This document shows, piece after piece, positions 46,409 through 55,366 of a stretch of 64,000 nt of DNA. A program made the translations under genes and the position numbers. The first letter of the stretch is position 1. Each line of letters begins with the position of its first letter. This stretch comes from Planctomycetota bacterium (lineage in GTDB: Bacteria > Planctomycetota > MHYJ01 > WSZJ01). The notes beneath the pieces are model-generated. The model was given only the letters and a program-made list of their open reading frames with translations. It ran no database searches and had not been told where the DNA came from. Where the stretch lies: assembly GCA_016190145.1 (NCBI GenBank), contig JACPRD010000003.1, positions 17,617-81,616 on the forward strand, written 5' to 3'.

Positions 46409-46944
46409 CGTCCGTCCTCCGAGAGTTCCCTGAGAAGCGGCGCGACCGACCGCAGCCCGCGCGCGAAGAGCCGCGCCGCGGCGTCCTCGGAGACGTCGAG
46501 GATCCGCGCGATCTCGACCCAGGAGGCGCCGCCCCAGACCTTGAGCGTCACGGCCTCCCGCTCGGCCTCCGCCAGTCCGGCGAGAGCCGCTCGCACCCTC
46601 GCGTGGATCTCCGAACGCTCGAGCGAAGGGTCGGGCCCCGCGGCGTCCGGGGCGCGTTCCCCCGCGGCGCGCAGGGCCCGCCGTTCCACTTCTTTCCGCT
46701 TGAAGAAGTTCGCCGCCATGTTGTGGGCCGTCCGGAAAACCCAGCCTTCGGGCCGATCAAGGAAGCGTACCGACAGCCATTCCCGATGCAGCGCCAGCCC
46801 CACTTCCTGGAAGAGGTCCTCGGCGTCCTCGCGGCGGCCGAGGAGGCTCCACAGGTACGCCATGAGACGCGGCTCCACCCGCGCGAGAAACGCGGCAAAG
46901 TCGGTCCCGGCGAAGGCGGTTCCTGGGGGCTCCATCGTCAGCAC
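46405..46944 (-). CDS. ECF-family RNA polymerase sigma factor
   Basis: Region 2 is DAEDLFQEVGLALH...GWVFRTAHNMAANF. Region 4 is LAEAEREAVTLKVWGGASWVEIARILDVSEDAAARLFARGLRS. An alternative ATG lies at 46935. Confidence 0.85.
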   Translation of the reverse strand: MLTMEPPGTAFAGTDFAAFLARVEPRLMAYLWSLLGRREDAEDLFQEVGLALHREWLSVRFLDRPEGWVFRTAHNMAANFFKRKEVERRALRAAGERAPDAAGPDPSLERSEIHARVRAALAGLAEAEREAVTLKVWGGASWVEIARILDVSEDAAARLFARGLRSVAPLLRELSEDGR

Positions 46945-47028
46945 GCGACATCAAAGACAACTGGGGCCGGGAAATCCCGCGGAAATTCCGGGCCCCCCGG
47001 GTAGAGGGCTCCCTCCGGCTGTTTTTTC

Positions 47029-47052
47029 GAACTCGGGAGCCGTTCTATCGTC
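47029..47052 (+). promoter_or_regulatory. Candidate ECF-type promoter (GAAC-N16-CGTC) upstream of the HEAT-repeat gene
   Basis: gaac lies at 47029-47032 and cgtc at 47049-47052, with a 16-nt spacer. The ATG is at 47087 and ggagag lies 7 nt upstream of it. Confidence 0.4.
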
Positions 47053-47086
47053 TAATCGAGGGGGAAACGCCATCCGGAGAGCCGCC

Positions 47087-47983
47087 ATGGTCCGTACCTT
47101 CGGCCAGATCCTCATTCTCGCCCTGGTCCTTGCAAGCGCCGCGCCCGCCGAGCCGCCCGCCGAGGCGCAGATCGCCGCCGCCGTCGCCGAACTGGGAGAC
47201 GACCTGCCGGACGTGCGCATCGCGGCGCGCCTCCGCCTGACGGCGTGGGGAAAGGCCGATCCGGACCGCGTCCTCGCAAAACTCCCTGAGTCGCATGCAG
47301 ACCCCGAGGTGGATGCCTCGCTGCACACCGTCCGGAACGAGATCTCGATCGCCGTCGAGTCGCGCGACCGCCGCGTCGACTCGCTCGAACACGCGGGAGC
47401 CCTTCACCGCAAGGCGACCCTGACCCTGCTGGACAACCTCGAAGACGCCGCCTTCCTCGCGCCCGCCGAGCGCGACCCTTCCGAGCTCCCCACGACCGAC
47501 GGCGTGCTCACGCCCTTCATCATGGAGTTCGGCGCCGACAAGCCCCGCGCGATGCGCATCATGGAGACCTGCCTCGCCTCGCGCCGCCTCTCCATCCGCC
47601 GCATCGCGATCCGCATCCTCTATTACCACGGCACCCTCGAGAACAGGAAAGACGTCCGCAAGGCCCTCACGGACGACGACGCCTACGTCCGCGGCGCGGC
47701 CGCACAGGCGCTTGCGAAGTTCGGGGACCGCGAAGCGCTCGCGGACATCCGCCCTCTCTGCAAGGACGCGGTCGACTTCGTCCGCTATCACGGCGTCCTC
47801 GCCCTGCGCCAGCTCGGGGACCGCGAGTGCATGTCCGACCTCGTCGCGCTCCTCGAAAACCCCGAGCCTCAGGCGCGCGCGTGGGCGGCCGGTGAACTCG
47901 AGAAGGAGGGGTTCCGCTGGGATCCGGAAGCGGAGAAAGCGAAGGCGGCGAAGCGGTGGTGGGAGGAGAGCAAGAAACGCTGA
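47087..47983 (+). CDS. HEAT-repeat exported protein
   Basis: It has a signal peptide (MVRTFGQILILALVLASAAPA). HEAT units include DDLPDVRIAARLRL, DDDAYVRGAAAQALAKFGDREAL, VDFVRYHGVLALRQLGDRE and PEPQARAWAAGEL. Confidence 0.8.
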   Translation: MVRTFGQILILALVLASAAPAEPPAEAQIAAAVAELGDDLPDVRIAARLRLTAWGKADPDRVLAKLPESHADPEVDASLHTVRNEISIAVESRDRRVDSLEHAGALHRKATLTLLDNLEDAAFLAPAERDPSELPTTDGVLTPFIMEFGADKPRAMRIMETCLASRRLSIRRIAIRILYYHGTLENRKDVRKALTDDDAYVRGAAAQALAKFGDREALADIRPLCKDAVDFVRYHGVLALRQLGDRECMSDLVALLENPEPQARAWAAGELEKEGFRWDPEAEKAKAAKRWWEESKKR

Positions 47984-48045
47984 CTTGGAGGCGGGATCAT
48001 GTAGCCGCAAACGCAGGGCGGCGCGGGCCCATTAATATGTAAGAA

Positions 48046-48064
48046 ACTGGCGATTATTGCCAGT
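48046..48064. promoter_or_regulatory. Inverted repeat ACTGGC-N7-GCCAGT in the AT-rich leader of the AbiE operon (candidate antitoxin operator)
   Basis: The sequence actggcgattattgccagt was read directly. It lies 12 nt upstream of the GTG at 48076. Confidence 0.4.
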
Positions 48065-48075
48065 ATCATACGTCC

Positions 48076-48714
48076 GTGCAACGTCTGACGGAAACTGCAA
48101 TTGGAAAAGCACCCACCGGCATCTTCTCCAGGCCAGAGGTGGCTTGCTGGATGGGGGGCAGCCCTGGCCGGCAATTCAGCCTGCTCAAGCGGGCCATGGC
48201 AAGCGGCGAAGTCGTGCGGATCCACCGCGGACTGTACTGCCTCGCAGCCAAGTACATGCGGCACAAGGTCGATCCCCTCGTCCTGGCCCAGCGGATCTAC
48301 GGCCCGGGCTACATCAGCCTGGAAACAGCCCTGTCCTGGCACGGCTGGATCCCCGAAGCCGTCTATGCGACCACCAGCGTGTCGCTGGACCGCTCTCGCG
48401 AAATCGACACGCCGCTCGGGCATTTCAGTTTCACACGTGTTCCACAGACCACTTTCTACGCCGAGGTGTTCCGCGTGGAGACGAATGGAAGCGGCAGCTT
48501 TCTGTTGGCGTCGCCGCTGAAGGCACTCGTCGACTACGTCTACGTGCACCATTGCGACTGGACCTCGGCCCGACCAGTCGTCGAGAGCCTGCGTGTCGAC
48601 GAAGGTCTGCTCTCCGGCGTGGACGCCACGGCGGTTGATCGACTCCTGGCCAACTACGCTTCCCGGAGAGTGCGGCGGTTCCTCCAGGGTTTGAGAAGGG
48701 ACTTGAGACGATGA
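48076..48714 (+). CDS. abiEi: Type IV toxin-antitoxin system antitoxin, AbiEi family
   Basis: The segment GIFSRPEVACWMGGSPGRQFSLLKRAMASGEVVRIHRGLYCL, GYISLETALSWHGWIPEAV matches the AbiEi_4 winged-helix pattern. It sits upstream of and overlaps an AbiEii gene. Confidence 0.85.
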   Translation: MQRLTETAIGKAPTGIFSRPEVACWMGGSPGRQFSLLKRAMASGEVVRIHRGLYCLAAKYMRHKVDPLVLAQRIYGPGYISLETALSWHGWIPEAVYATTSVSLDRSREIDTPLGHFSFTRVPQTTFYAEVFRVETNGSGSFLLASPLKALVDYVYVHHCDWTSARPVVESLRVDEGLLSGVDATAVDRLLANYASRRVRRFLQGLRRDLRR

Positions 48715-49559
48715 GCGTGAAGATGATCCAGGACCGGCTGGACGATTATGGATGCCGATCGACCCTGGAAGAGGAACAGGCCCTGCGCGAGATCACCCAG
48801 GAGATCGTCCTGGCGGCGTTGGGAAGAACTGACTTCTTCCAGAAGACCGCATTCCAGGGAGGGACCTGCCTTCGCGTCTTTCATGGCGTCAACCGGTTCT
48901 CCGAGGACCTGGACTTTGCCTTGCAGTCGGCGGATGGGTCCTTTGTTCTCAAGTCCTACCTGGTGACCCTCGCCAGGGAGTTGATGGCCTATGGGTATGA
49001 CCTTGAGATAGACGATCGCTCGAAGGTGGACCAGGCCGTCCGCATGGCCTTCGTGAAAGACGACTCGCTGGGAAACCTGCTTCGGCTCAACTACAAGCCC
49101 GCAACGGGACCGTCCCGCAAGCTGCGGATCAAGCTGGAGGTGGATTGCGACCCGCCCGGCGGCGCCTCGTTCGAGATGAAGTACCTGGACTTCCCGTTCC
49201 CGTCAGCCGTCTGCACGTTCGATCTGCCCAGCCTCTTCGCAGGCAAGCTCCACGCCTTGCTGTGCCGCGAATACCTGAAAGGTCGGGATTGGTACGACTT
49301 CATCTGGTACACGGCCCGCAGGATTACGATCAACCACGGCCTCCTTTCGTCGGCGCTGACGCAGATGGGCCCGTGGAAAGGCCGGCAGATCCGGACGGAT
49401 CGCGACTGGTGCGTTGGACAACTGAAGGCGAAGATCGAGGCGGCAGACTGGGCGCAGGCCCGCCAGGACGTCCGGCGTTTTGTGAAGCCCATCGAACTGC
49501 CGTCGCTGGATCTCTGGAGCCGTGACTTCTTCGTGGCCCAGTGCGCGAAGCTGGTTTGA
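48711..49559 (+). CDS. abiEii: Nucleotidyltransferase toxin, AbiEii/AbiGii family
   Basis: The segment FQGGTCLRVFHGVNRFSEDLDF (NTase G...S.D.D motif), KLEVD, LFAGKLHALLCR...GRDWYDF matches the family pattern. It overlaps abiEi by 4 nt. Confidence 0.85.
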   Translation: MSVKMIQDRLDDYGCRSTLEEEQALREITQEIVLAALGRTDFFQKTAFQGGTCLRVFHGVNRFSEDLDFALQSADGSFVLKSYLVTLARELMAYGYDLEIDDRSKVDQAVRMAFVKDDSLGNLLRLNYKPATGPSRKLRIKLEVDCDPPGGASFEMKYLDFPFPSAVCTFDLPSLFAGKLHALLCREYLKGRDWYDFIWYTARRITINHGLLSSALTQMGPWKGRQIRTDRDWCVGQLKAKIEAADWAQARQDVRRFVKPIELPSLDLWSRDFFVAQCAKLV

Positions 49560-49650
49560 GCGGAATCTTCTACGGGACCCCACGGTGACGGCTTTCAGAT
49601 CATGAGCCGGATGCGAAATGACGGATTTCACCGCGAAAGAAGAGGGGACC

Positions 49651-51642
49651 ATGAGATTCCGAACCGTGAAAGGCATGGCCGTTTGCGCGGCCGCGTCGGC
49701 GCTGGCGCTTCTCATCGGCGGCACGTCGCAGTCCGAGGATCCCGGGGAGACCGCGGGCCGGGGCGGCTACGTGATTGTGACGGACATCGCGGAGTCCGAT
49801 GCGTGGTACGAGGCGGTGAGCGTGCTCGCGAAGCACAGGGATGCGACGGTGGTCACCTTCGACCCGGAGCGGCTGGATGACCTGGGGGCGAGTCTCGCGA
49901 AGCTCCAGCCCCGGTTCGTCGCCGTCGTGGTCAAGCCCGAAGTCATCGACACGAACTTCATCAGACGGTTTCTGATGATGAGCACGCGCCTCGATGACGA
50001 CCCCTTCTGCGACTTCGCCTGCGGCTACATCACCGGTGCCACGGCCGGAGACGCCGTGAAGTTCGTCAGGAACATGATGAAGGCGGAGGCGGAGGGATTG
50101 CCGGAGAAGTTCACGTACACCTGCGTGACCAGCGGCAAGAGCGGCGCCGGAAAGGGGTCCGACCCGGCCTGGCTCAACGCGGCGGGGTACGAGACGGCCC
50201 GCGTGGCGATGGGATACAAAGACGACCGGGATGTGCTGAAGGGATTCCTCCGCGAGCACCTACCGGACCTCGAAGGCCAGGGCCTGATCAAGATGACCGG
50301 CTGCGGCGACCCGGAGCGCATCTGGCTTTTCGAGGACAGGAGGAATAGCCAGCGTGAGAAGCACTGGCCCTACGATCCGAAGAAGGTCGGCCAGAATCCG
50401 GGTGACGAGATGTTCTGGATCGACACCGCGACGCTGAAGGGCCTGAATCTGTATCCGGCGGTGCTCACCAGCGGCACATGCCACTGCGGCTCACTCAGAC
50501 GCGTGTACGTGGAGGGCGACATCGTTTCCACGTTCGGCAGATCGGACAAGGTCGAGGTTTACGAGATGCCTGCGGAGAAGAGTCTCGGGTTGGCCTGGCT
50601 CTCGGCAGGGATCACCGCGGCGATTCTGCCGGTCGGACCCAATCACGGCTGGCGGACGGACGTCGAGGTGCTCCGCATGTACTCCACGGGCGCGCCGCTG
50701 GGCGAGGTGATGAGGTCCTGCTACGACGAACTGGTGCTGGCTTACGGCGGGGAGATCAAGCTGGGTCTGTACGACGTCGAGGCCGGGCGCGATGCGGACG
50801 CCGACGTCACGGCGATGATGCGCGGAGGCGCCGCGAACCGCGTTCTCTTCGGCGACCCCGCATTCGCGCCGTTCCGGAAGCTCGATGTCGCTCCGCTGGC
50901 CGTGAGTGAGCTCGCAAAAGCCGGCGACGGTTCGTATTCCGTCGAGTGTGAAGTGCTCAATCCGAACGCGCCGGACTGGGTGGACCAGTTCGACTGCGGG
51001 CAATACCGCTCGCGCGTCTTCTTCACTGTGGACCTTCCGGAGGAACTTGCCGCCTCCGGCCTGCGCAGCGTCGGGCCGGCCGGCGAACCGACGGCCATGG
51101 AAGAGGTGCGCTGGGCGGAAGAACGCGACGGAAAACGCGTGCGGCTGCACATCGGGGCCTTCGCGTCCAAAGACGCGTACAAGGACGGACTCGGCGCGAG
51201 CAAGGGGCAGAAACTGCTCTTCCGGCTCGAACCCGCACAGAACGAAAAAGAACGTCGCCGAATCGGCTCGACCGGCCCCACGCACAAACCCGAAAACGAG
51301 ACAACGCAGCCGGAAGCTCCCGCGCTGGATGCGGGCGCACTCGCCGAAAAGGCCCTCGATTCACCCTGGGGCTACGAATGGACGAAGTGGAAGTTCCAGG
51401 ACGTTCTCGACTTCATCGTGAAAGTCAACGAGTCCTACGGGAAGAACCTCGGCGTCCAGAGGGTGGGCAAGATCGCCTTCGAGCTCGACGAGAGCGCCCG
51501 TCCTGCCGCCGAGAAGATCGTCAGCCTGAAACTCGAATCCGAGTCGCTCCGCGGCGGCCTCGACCGCCTGTGCGAGGAACTCGGCCTGTCCTATGAGCTG
51601 GACAAGAACCGCGGTGTGCTGCGGTTCACAAAGAAGAAATGA
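49651..51642 (+). CDS. Exported protein with peptidase-C25-like segment and STN/secretin-N0-like C-terminal domain
   Basis: An SD (gaggggacc) precedes the ATG at 49651. It has a signal peptide (MRFRTVKGMAVCAAASALALLIG). It contains RFVAVVVKPEVID...LDDDPFCDFACGYITGATAGDAVKFV and TSGTCHCGS. The C-terminus is KIVSLKLESESLRGGLDRLCEELGLSYEL. Confidence 0.7.
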   Translation: MRFRTVKGMAVCAAASALALLIGGTSQSEDPGETAGRGGYVIVTDIAESDAWYEAVSVLAKHRDATVVTFDPERLDDLGASLAKLQPRFVAVVVKPEVIDTNFIRRFLMMSTRLDDDPFCDFACGYITGATAGDAVKFVRNMMKAEAEGLPEKFTYTCVTSGKSGAGKGSDPAWLNAAGYETARVAMGYKDDRDVLKGFLREHLPDLEGQGLIKMTGCGDPERIWLFEDRRNSQREKHWPYDPKKVGQNPGDEMFWIDTATLKGLNLYPAVLTSGTCHCGSLRRVYVEGDIVSTFGRSDKVEVYEMPAEKSLGLAWLSAGITAAILPVGPNHGWRTDVEVLRMYSTGAPLGEVMRSCYDELVLAYGGEIKLGLYDVEAGRDADADVTAMMRGGAANRVLFGDPAFAPFRKLDVAPLAVSELAKAGDGSYSVECEVLNPNAPDWVDQFDCGQYRSRVFFTVDLPEELAASGLRSVGPAGEPTAMEEVRWAEERDGKRVRLHIGAFASKDAYKDGLGASKGQKLLFRLEPAQNEKERRRIGSTGPTHKPENETTQPEAPALDAGALAEKALDSPWGYEWTKWKFQDVLDFIVKVNESYGKNLGVQRVGKIAFELDESARPAAEKIVSLKLESESLRGGLDRLCEELGLSYELDKNRGVLRFTKKK

Positions 51643-54600
51643 AAACAGGAGCTTGCGCGATGAAGCCAGCATGCAGCAGCCGGCCCGGGAGGCGGAGTCT
51701 GGCGGACTTCGGACGTATTCTGGCCGCCCTCGCCGGCGTCCTGCTCCTGGTGTGTTCGGCCACGCGGCCGACGTTTGCCGAGGGGGAGCCGCCGACCCAG
51801 CCGCAATCCGCCGGGACGGCGGTCATGGTCGCCCTCGACAGTGACTGGCCGGCATTTCTCGAGGCCGTGCCCGCCGCGCTGTCCTACAACGCCTGGGACA
51901 GGCTCGACAAGCGACCCTTCATCTCCGTTCCAGACCTCAGCCCGTACAACATCGACATCGAGACCCACATCCGGGATTCGAAACTGGTCCTCAGGGCCGA
52001 AGGCGACTCGAAGGACGCGATCCCCACGGTGCAGGAATCTGTTGAGGAACTGCGCCAGAAAATCCGCCTGCCGAACCTGACGCAGCAGCTGGAGCTCCTG
52101 TCTTCGGAAGGGCTCGACGGTGTGTCCGCCACCCTGCACCACATCGCCAGCGGTGCGGACCACAAGGTGGAGCCGGGTTTCGCGCTTCCCAGGCCGCCCG
52201 GAGGAGAGTGGCTTCTGGTCCTCCGGATGAAGACCACCGAGGCTCCCAAGGGCGTCCTGAGACTGCGGTTCCGGGTCTCCGGCTGGGACCTCGATGTGCT
52301 CGACAGATTCATGAAGGATTACGGCGCGACCAGGATCCTCGCGATGAGCCGCCTGCCGGCTCCCGTGCAGGATTACCTGTCGGGACGCTACGACCTCGTA
52401 CCGGGCGATCCCTTCCTGCTCCGCGGAGAGAAGGCCGCCGCCGTCGTGATCTCGACTTCGTACCCATCGGCCCTGGTCGGCGCGCAGATCGCGGGCCTCG
52501 ACGGCGTTCCGCATGTGGTTCACACGGACTCGATCGAGAGAACGGCCCGGAAAATCGCCGACATCGGACCGAAGAGTGCGACGGTCATCTGCGATGAGGG
52601 AAGCGAAGACGGCAAGCGGCTTGTGACGGCGCTTGCGGCGAACCCCGGGCTGTCGCACGTGGCGTTCACCGTGGTCACGCATCTCGAGGCCGAAAAGAAC
52701 GCCTGCGACCGGCACACCATCAGCAACGCGGTCGTCGTCAATCCGCGGGACCTCGGGTTCCCGTCGCACTACTCCTATCCGCGGTCGTCCCTCGCCGCCC
52801 CGATCTATGCGATCTTCAGAAGGTCCGCGATCGTGTTCGTCACCGGCGGCGACCTGAAAGGATTCGAGGACAGCCGGACGCTGGAGAACATCTACTTCGG
52901 GGTGAACGGATTCCTGTGCGCCTTCCAGTGGGAAGACATCGCCAGGACTCGCAAGGAGATCATCGACGGGCTGAATCACTTCGGCATCGGCGCCCCGAAC
53001 GAGCCCTACCTGACTCTTCTCGGCGGCGACCACAGCATCCCCTGCACCTTTTTTGCCGGAGGGGCGTGGCCGAAGGAGGATTTCCCGCTGATCACCTTCC
53101 AGAAGGACGCGGTCCTTTTCGCCGATGCTTCGGTCTACGCGAACATTGACGAGGACGGCCTGATGGACGCCGCGGTCGGCCGGATCATCGGCAACACGGA
53201 CGAAATCACGTCCTATCTCGGTCGCGTGATGTTCAGGGAGCGGATGGAAGACGCGGAGAGATACAGGGCGAACAAGGCCCTGCTGGTCTTCGGCTCCTGG
53301 GGGAATGAGCGGGGCGAGCCCGGCGAGGAGACGGCCGAGGAGGAGGCCACCCGGCTGCTGAAGGCCGCGGGCGGATATGACTGCGCATCGTTCGTCGGTT
53401 CGACCTGGGGCGGGGATTTTCTGCGGCACATCGGCGGAGCGCGGGTTTTCTTCGCGAACGACTTCGGCTACCACAACGCCGGATGGGGCTGGTCCAGCTA
53501 CGCCCACAAGGGCTACCAGGGGCCCGAGAGCAACTACAACACGCAGAATTTCCCCATGGATTTCGACGCGGGCTACTGCGTCGCCAGCTCGAACGGATGC
53601 GCGACGTGCGACGACAAGAACCGCGACAACCTGCACTACGGGGGCAATTCCATTCCGCTGGGCCTGCTGTTCTTCCGCAACGGGGCGCTCGGATATTTCG
53701 GCATGCCTCATGCCGCCCTGGCCGAGATCACGACGCCTCTTGAAGGGATCTCGAAAGACCTCACTCTGGGCGAGGCGATCCAGAAGCACGTCAATGACAG
53801 ATTGAACAATCCGAAGGGCGGCGGTCTTTTCGGTGGCCGGGACAACTGGATCGGCGAGGTCCCCGGCTACGACACGCTCCAGACGACTCATCCGGTCCTC
53901 TTCCCGCTGACGAAACAGGACGCGCTGGTGCTTTTCGGCGACCCGCAGGAGTTCCTGTTCAGGCCCGCCGCGGGAGAGCCGATCGACGTCGCCCGGAAAG
54001 CGGCCAACTACCTGATCGCCCACGCGGCCAAATCCAGGGACGGCTGGAACCTCACCGGCGAGGAGAAGGAAGCCGAGGCCGCCTACGGGCAGTCCACGGC
54101 GGGCGCGGGGATTTTCATGGTCCATCTCTACAACGCGACGAAGGATCGGCGGTACCTCGAGTGCGCCGTGAAGGCGGCCGAGTGGGTTGCGCACGTGACC
54201 GAGAAGGACGACGACCGCGTTCCCGGGCTTTTCGTGGGCGATTCCGGGAAGGGGCTACTGTATCTCGAGCTCGCCCGTGCCACCGGGGAGAAGAAGTACC
54301 TGGAGATGGCCGACGGGCTCGTCCGGCACTTTGCCGGAGACTGGGTCTACAAGGAGAACAAGCAGCCGTACTGGACGACGGACGTGTACTGCGGCGCGGC
54401 CGGACACATCCTGTTCCTGATCGAGATGAACGCCGCGAAGCCCGACCCGTTCTACGTCCAGGAAGCCCGGCGGGCCGGCGATTTCCTCGTCAAATGGGCC
54501 GAGCCCGCAGGCAAGGACGCGTGGTGGTGGACGATGGAACCATGGGACGCTTCGGCGAAGGAGCTTCACTACACGGGCTTTGCGCACGGCGTCGCGGGAA

Positions 54601-55154
54601 TTGCGTTCTGCCTGGCCGAGCTGTCTCGCGCAACCGGCGATGAGAAGTACCTTGAATACGCCGAAGGCGGCGCGAAATGCGTGATGGACCGGGCGCAGCC
54701 CCTGGGCGCGGGCTGGCAGTGGCACGCGAAGTACACGCCCCAGCCGGAGAAGCTCAAGTTCCAGTGGTGCCACGGGTCTCCGGGAATGCTCCAGATGTTC
54801 CTGAAGTTGTTCGAGGTCACCGGGAAGCCCGTCTATCGTGAATGGGCGGAAAAAGCGGCGCTGACCGCGGCGCGGCCCGGAAAGTACTACAGGGCGGACA
54901 TGAGCCTCTGCCACGGCGCGCCCGGCAACGGCGACGTCTTCATCGAGGCCTACCGGGTCCTGGGCGATCGAAAGTTCCTCGACATGGCGACGGATCATGC
55001 CGGACTGGCGAGAACCTTCGCGGTCGAGAAAGGAGACGAGGTTTACTGGCGCATCGCCGACAAGTCCTACATGAACGGCGTGGCGGGAGTGGGGCATTTC
55101 TTCCTGAGGCTCTCGGACGCCGGCAAAACGCGCGCGGCGCTGATCGCCAGGTAG
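51639..55154 (+). CDS. Exported/anchored fusion protein: peptidase-C25-like region plus a complete C-terminal LanC-like (lanthionine synthetase C-like) domain
   Basis: An ATGA overlap links it to the upstream gene. The RR-containing signal/anchor is GRRSLADFGRILAALAGVLLLV. The C25-like region has YLTLLGGDHSIPC, DEDGLMDAAVGRIIGNT, FGYHNAGWGW and FDAGYCVASSNGC. The LanC signature is FAHGVAGIAF, QWCHGSPGMLQ, LCHGAPGNGD. Confidence 0.85.
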   Translation: MKTGACAMKPACSSRPGRRSLADFGRILAALAGVLLLVCSATRPTFAEGEPPTQPQSAGTAVMVALDSDWPAFLEAVPAALSYNAWDRLDKRPFISVPDLSPYNIDIETHIRDSKLVLRAEGDSKDAIPTVQESVEELRQKIRLPNLTQQLELLSSEGLDGVSATLHHIASGADHKVEPGFALPRPPGGEWLLVLRMKTTEAPKGVLRLRFRVSGWDLDVLDRFMKDYGATRILAMSRLPAPVQDYLSGRYDLVPGDPFLLRGEKAAAVVISTSYPSALVGAQIAGLDGVPHVVHTDSIERTARKIADIGPKSATVICDEGSEDGKRLVTALAANPGLSHVAFTVVTHLEAEKNACDRHTISNAVVVNPRDLGFPSHYSYPRSSLAAPIYAIFRRSAIVFVTGGDLKGFEDSRTLENIYFGVNGFLCAFQWEDIARTRKEIIDGLNHFGIGAPNEPYLTLLGGDHSIPCTFFAGGAWPKEDFPLITFQKDAVLFADASVYANIDEDGLMDAAVGRIIGNTDEITSYLGRVMFRERMEDAERYRANKALLVFGSWGNERGEPGEETAEEEATRLLKAAGGYDCASFVGSTWGGDFLRHIGGARVFFANDFGYHNAGWGWSSYAHKGYQGPESNYNTQNFPMDFDAGYCVASSNGCATCDDKNRDNLHYGGNSIPLGLLFFRNGALGYFGMPHAALAEITTPLEGISKDLTLGEAIQKHVNDRLNNPKGGGLFGGRDNWIGEVPGYDTLQTTHPVLFPLTKQDALVLFGDPQEFLFRPAAGEPIDVARKAANYLIAHAAKSRDGWNLTGEEKEAEAAYGQSTAGAGIFMVHLYNATKDRRYLECAVKAAEWVAHVTEKDDDRVPGLFVGDSGKGLLYLELARATGEKKYLEMADGLVRHFAGDWVYKENKQPYWTTDVYCGAAGHILFLIEMNAAKPDPFYVQEARRAGDFLVKWAEPAGKDAWWWTMEPWDASAKELHYTGFAHGVAGIAFCLAELSRATGDEKYLEYAEGGAKCVMDRAQPLGAGWQWHAKYTPQPEKLKFQWCHGSPGMLQMFLKLFEVTGKPVYREWAEKAALTAARPGKYYRADMSLCHGAPGNGDVFIEAYRVLGDRKFLDMATDHAGLARTFAVEKGDEVYWRIADKSYMNGVAGVGHFFLRLSDAGKTRAALIAR

Positions 55155-55366
55155 GCGGGCGCGCCGGATGGCCGGGACCCAGGTCGCACGTCGCGGCTTC
55201 GCTGATCGAGCTGGGGCCGGCGCCGGCGGATCTCAAGCAGTAATCCGTGCCGGAACGACTCCCTGGGATTCTTCTAAGGAATCGAAGTTGTCGAGCGTCG
55301 TACTCCCGAAGTCTCCGCCTTCTGGCTTCTGGATCGCCGGAATTCGAGGTCTGTGTCGGAGGGAGC

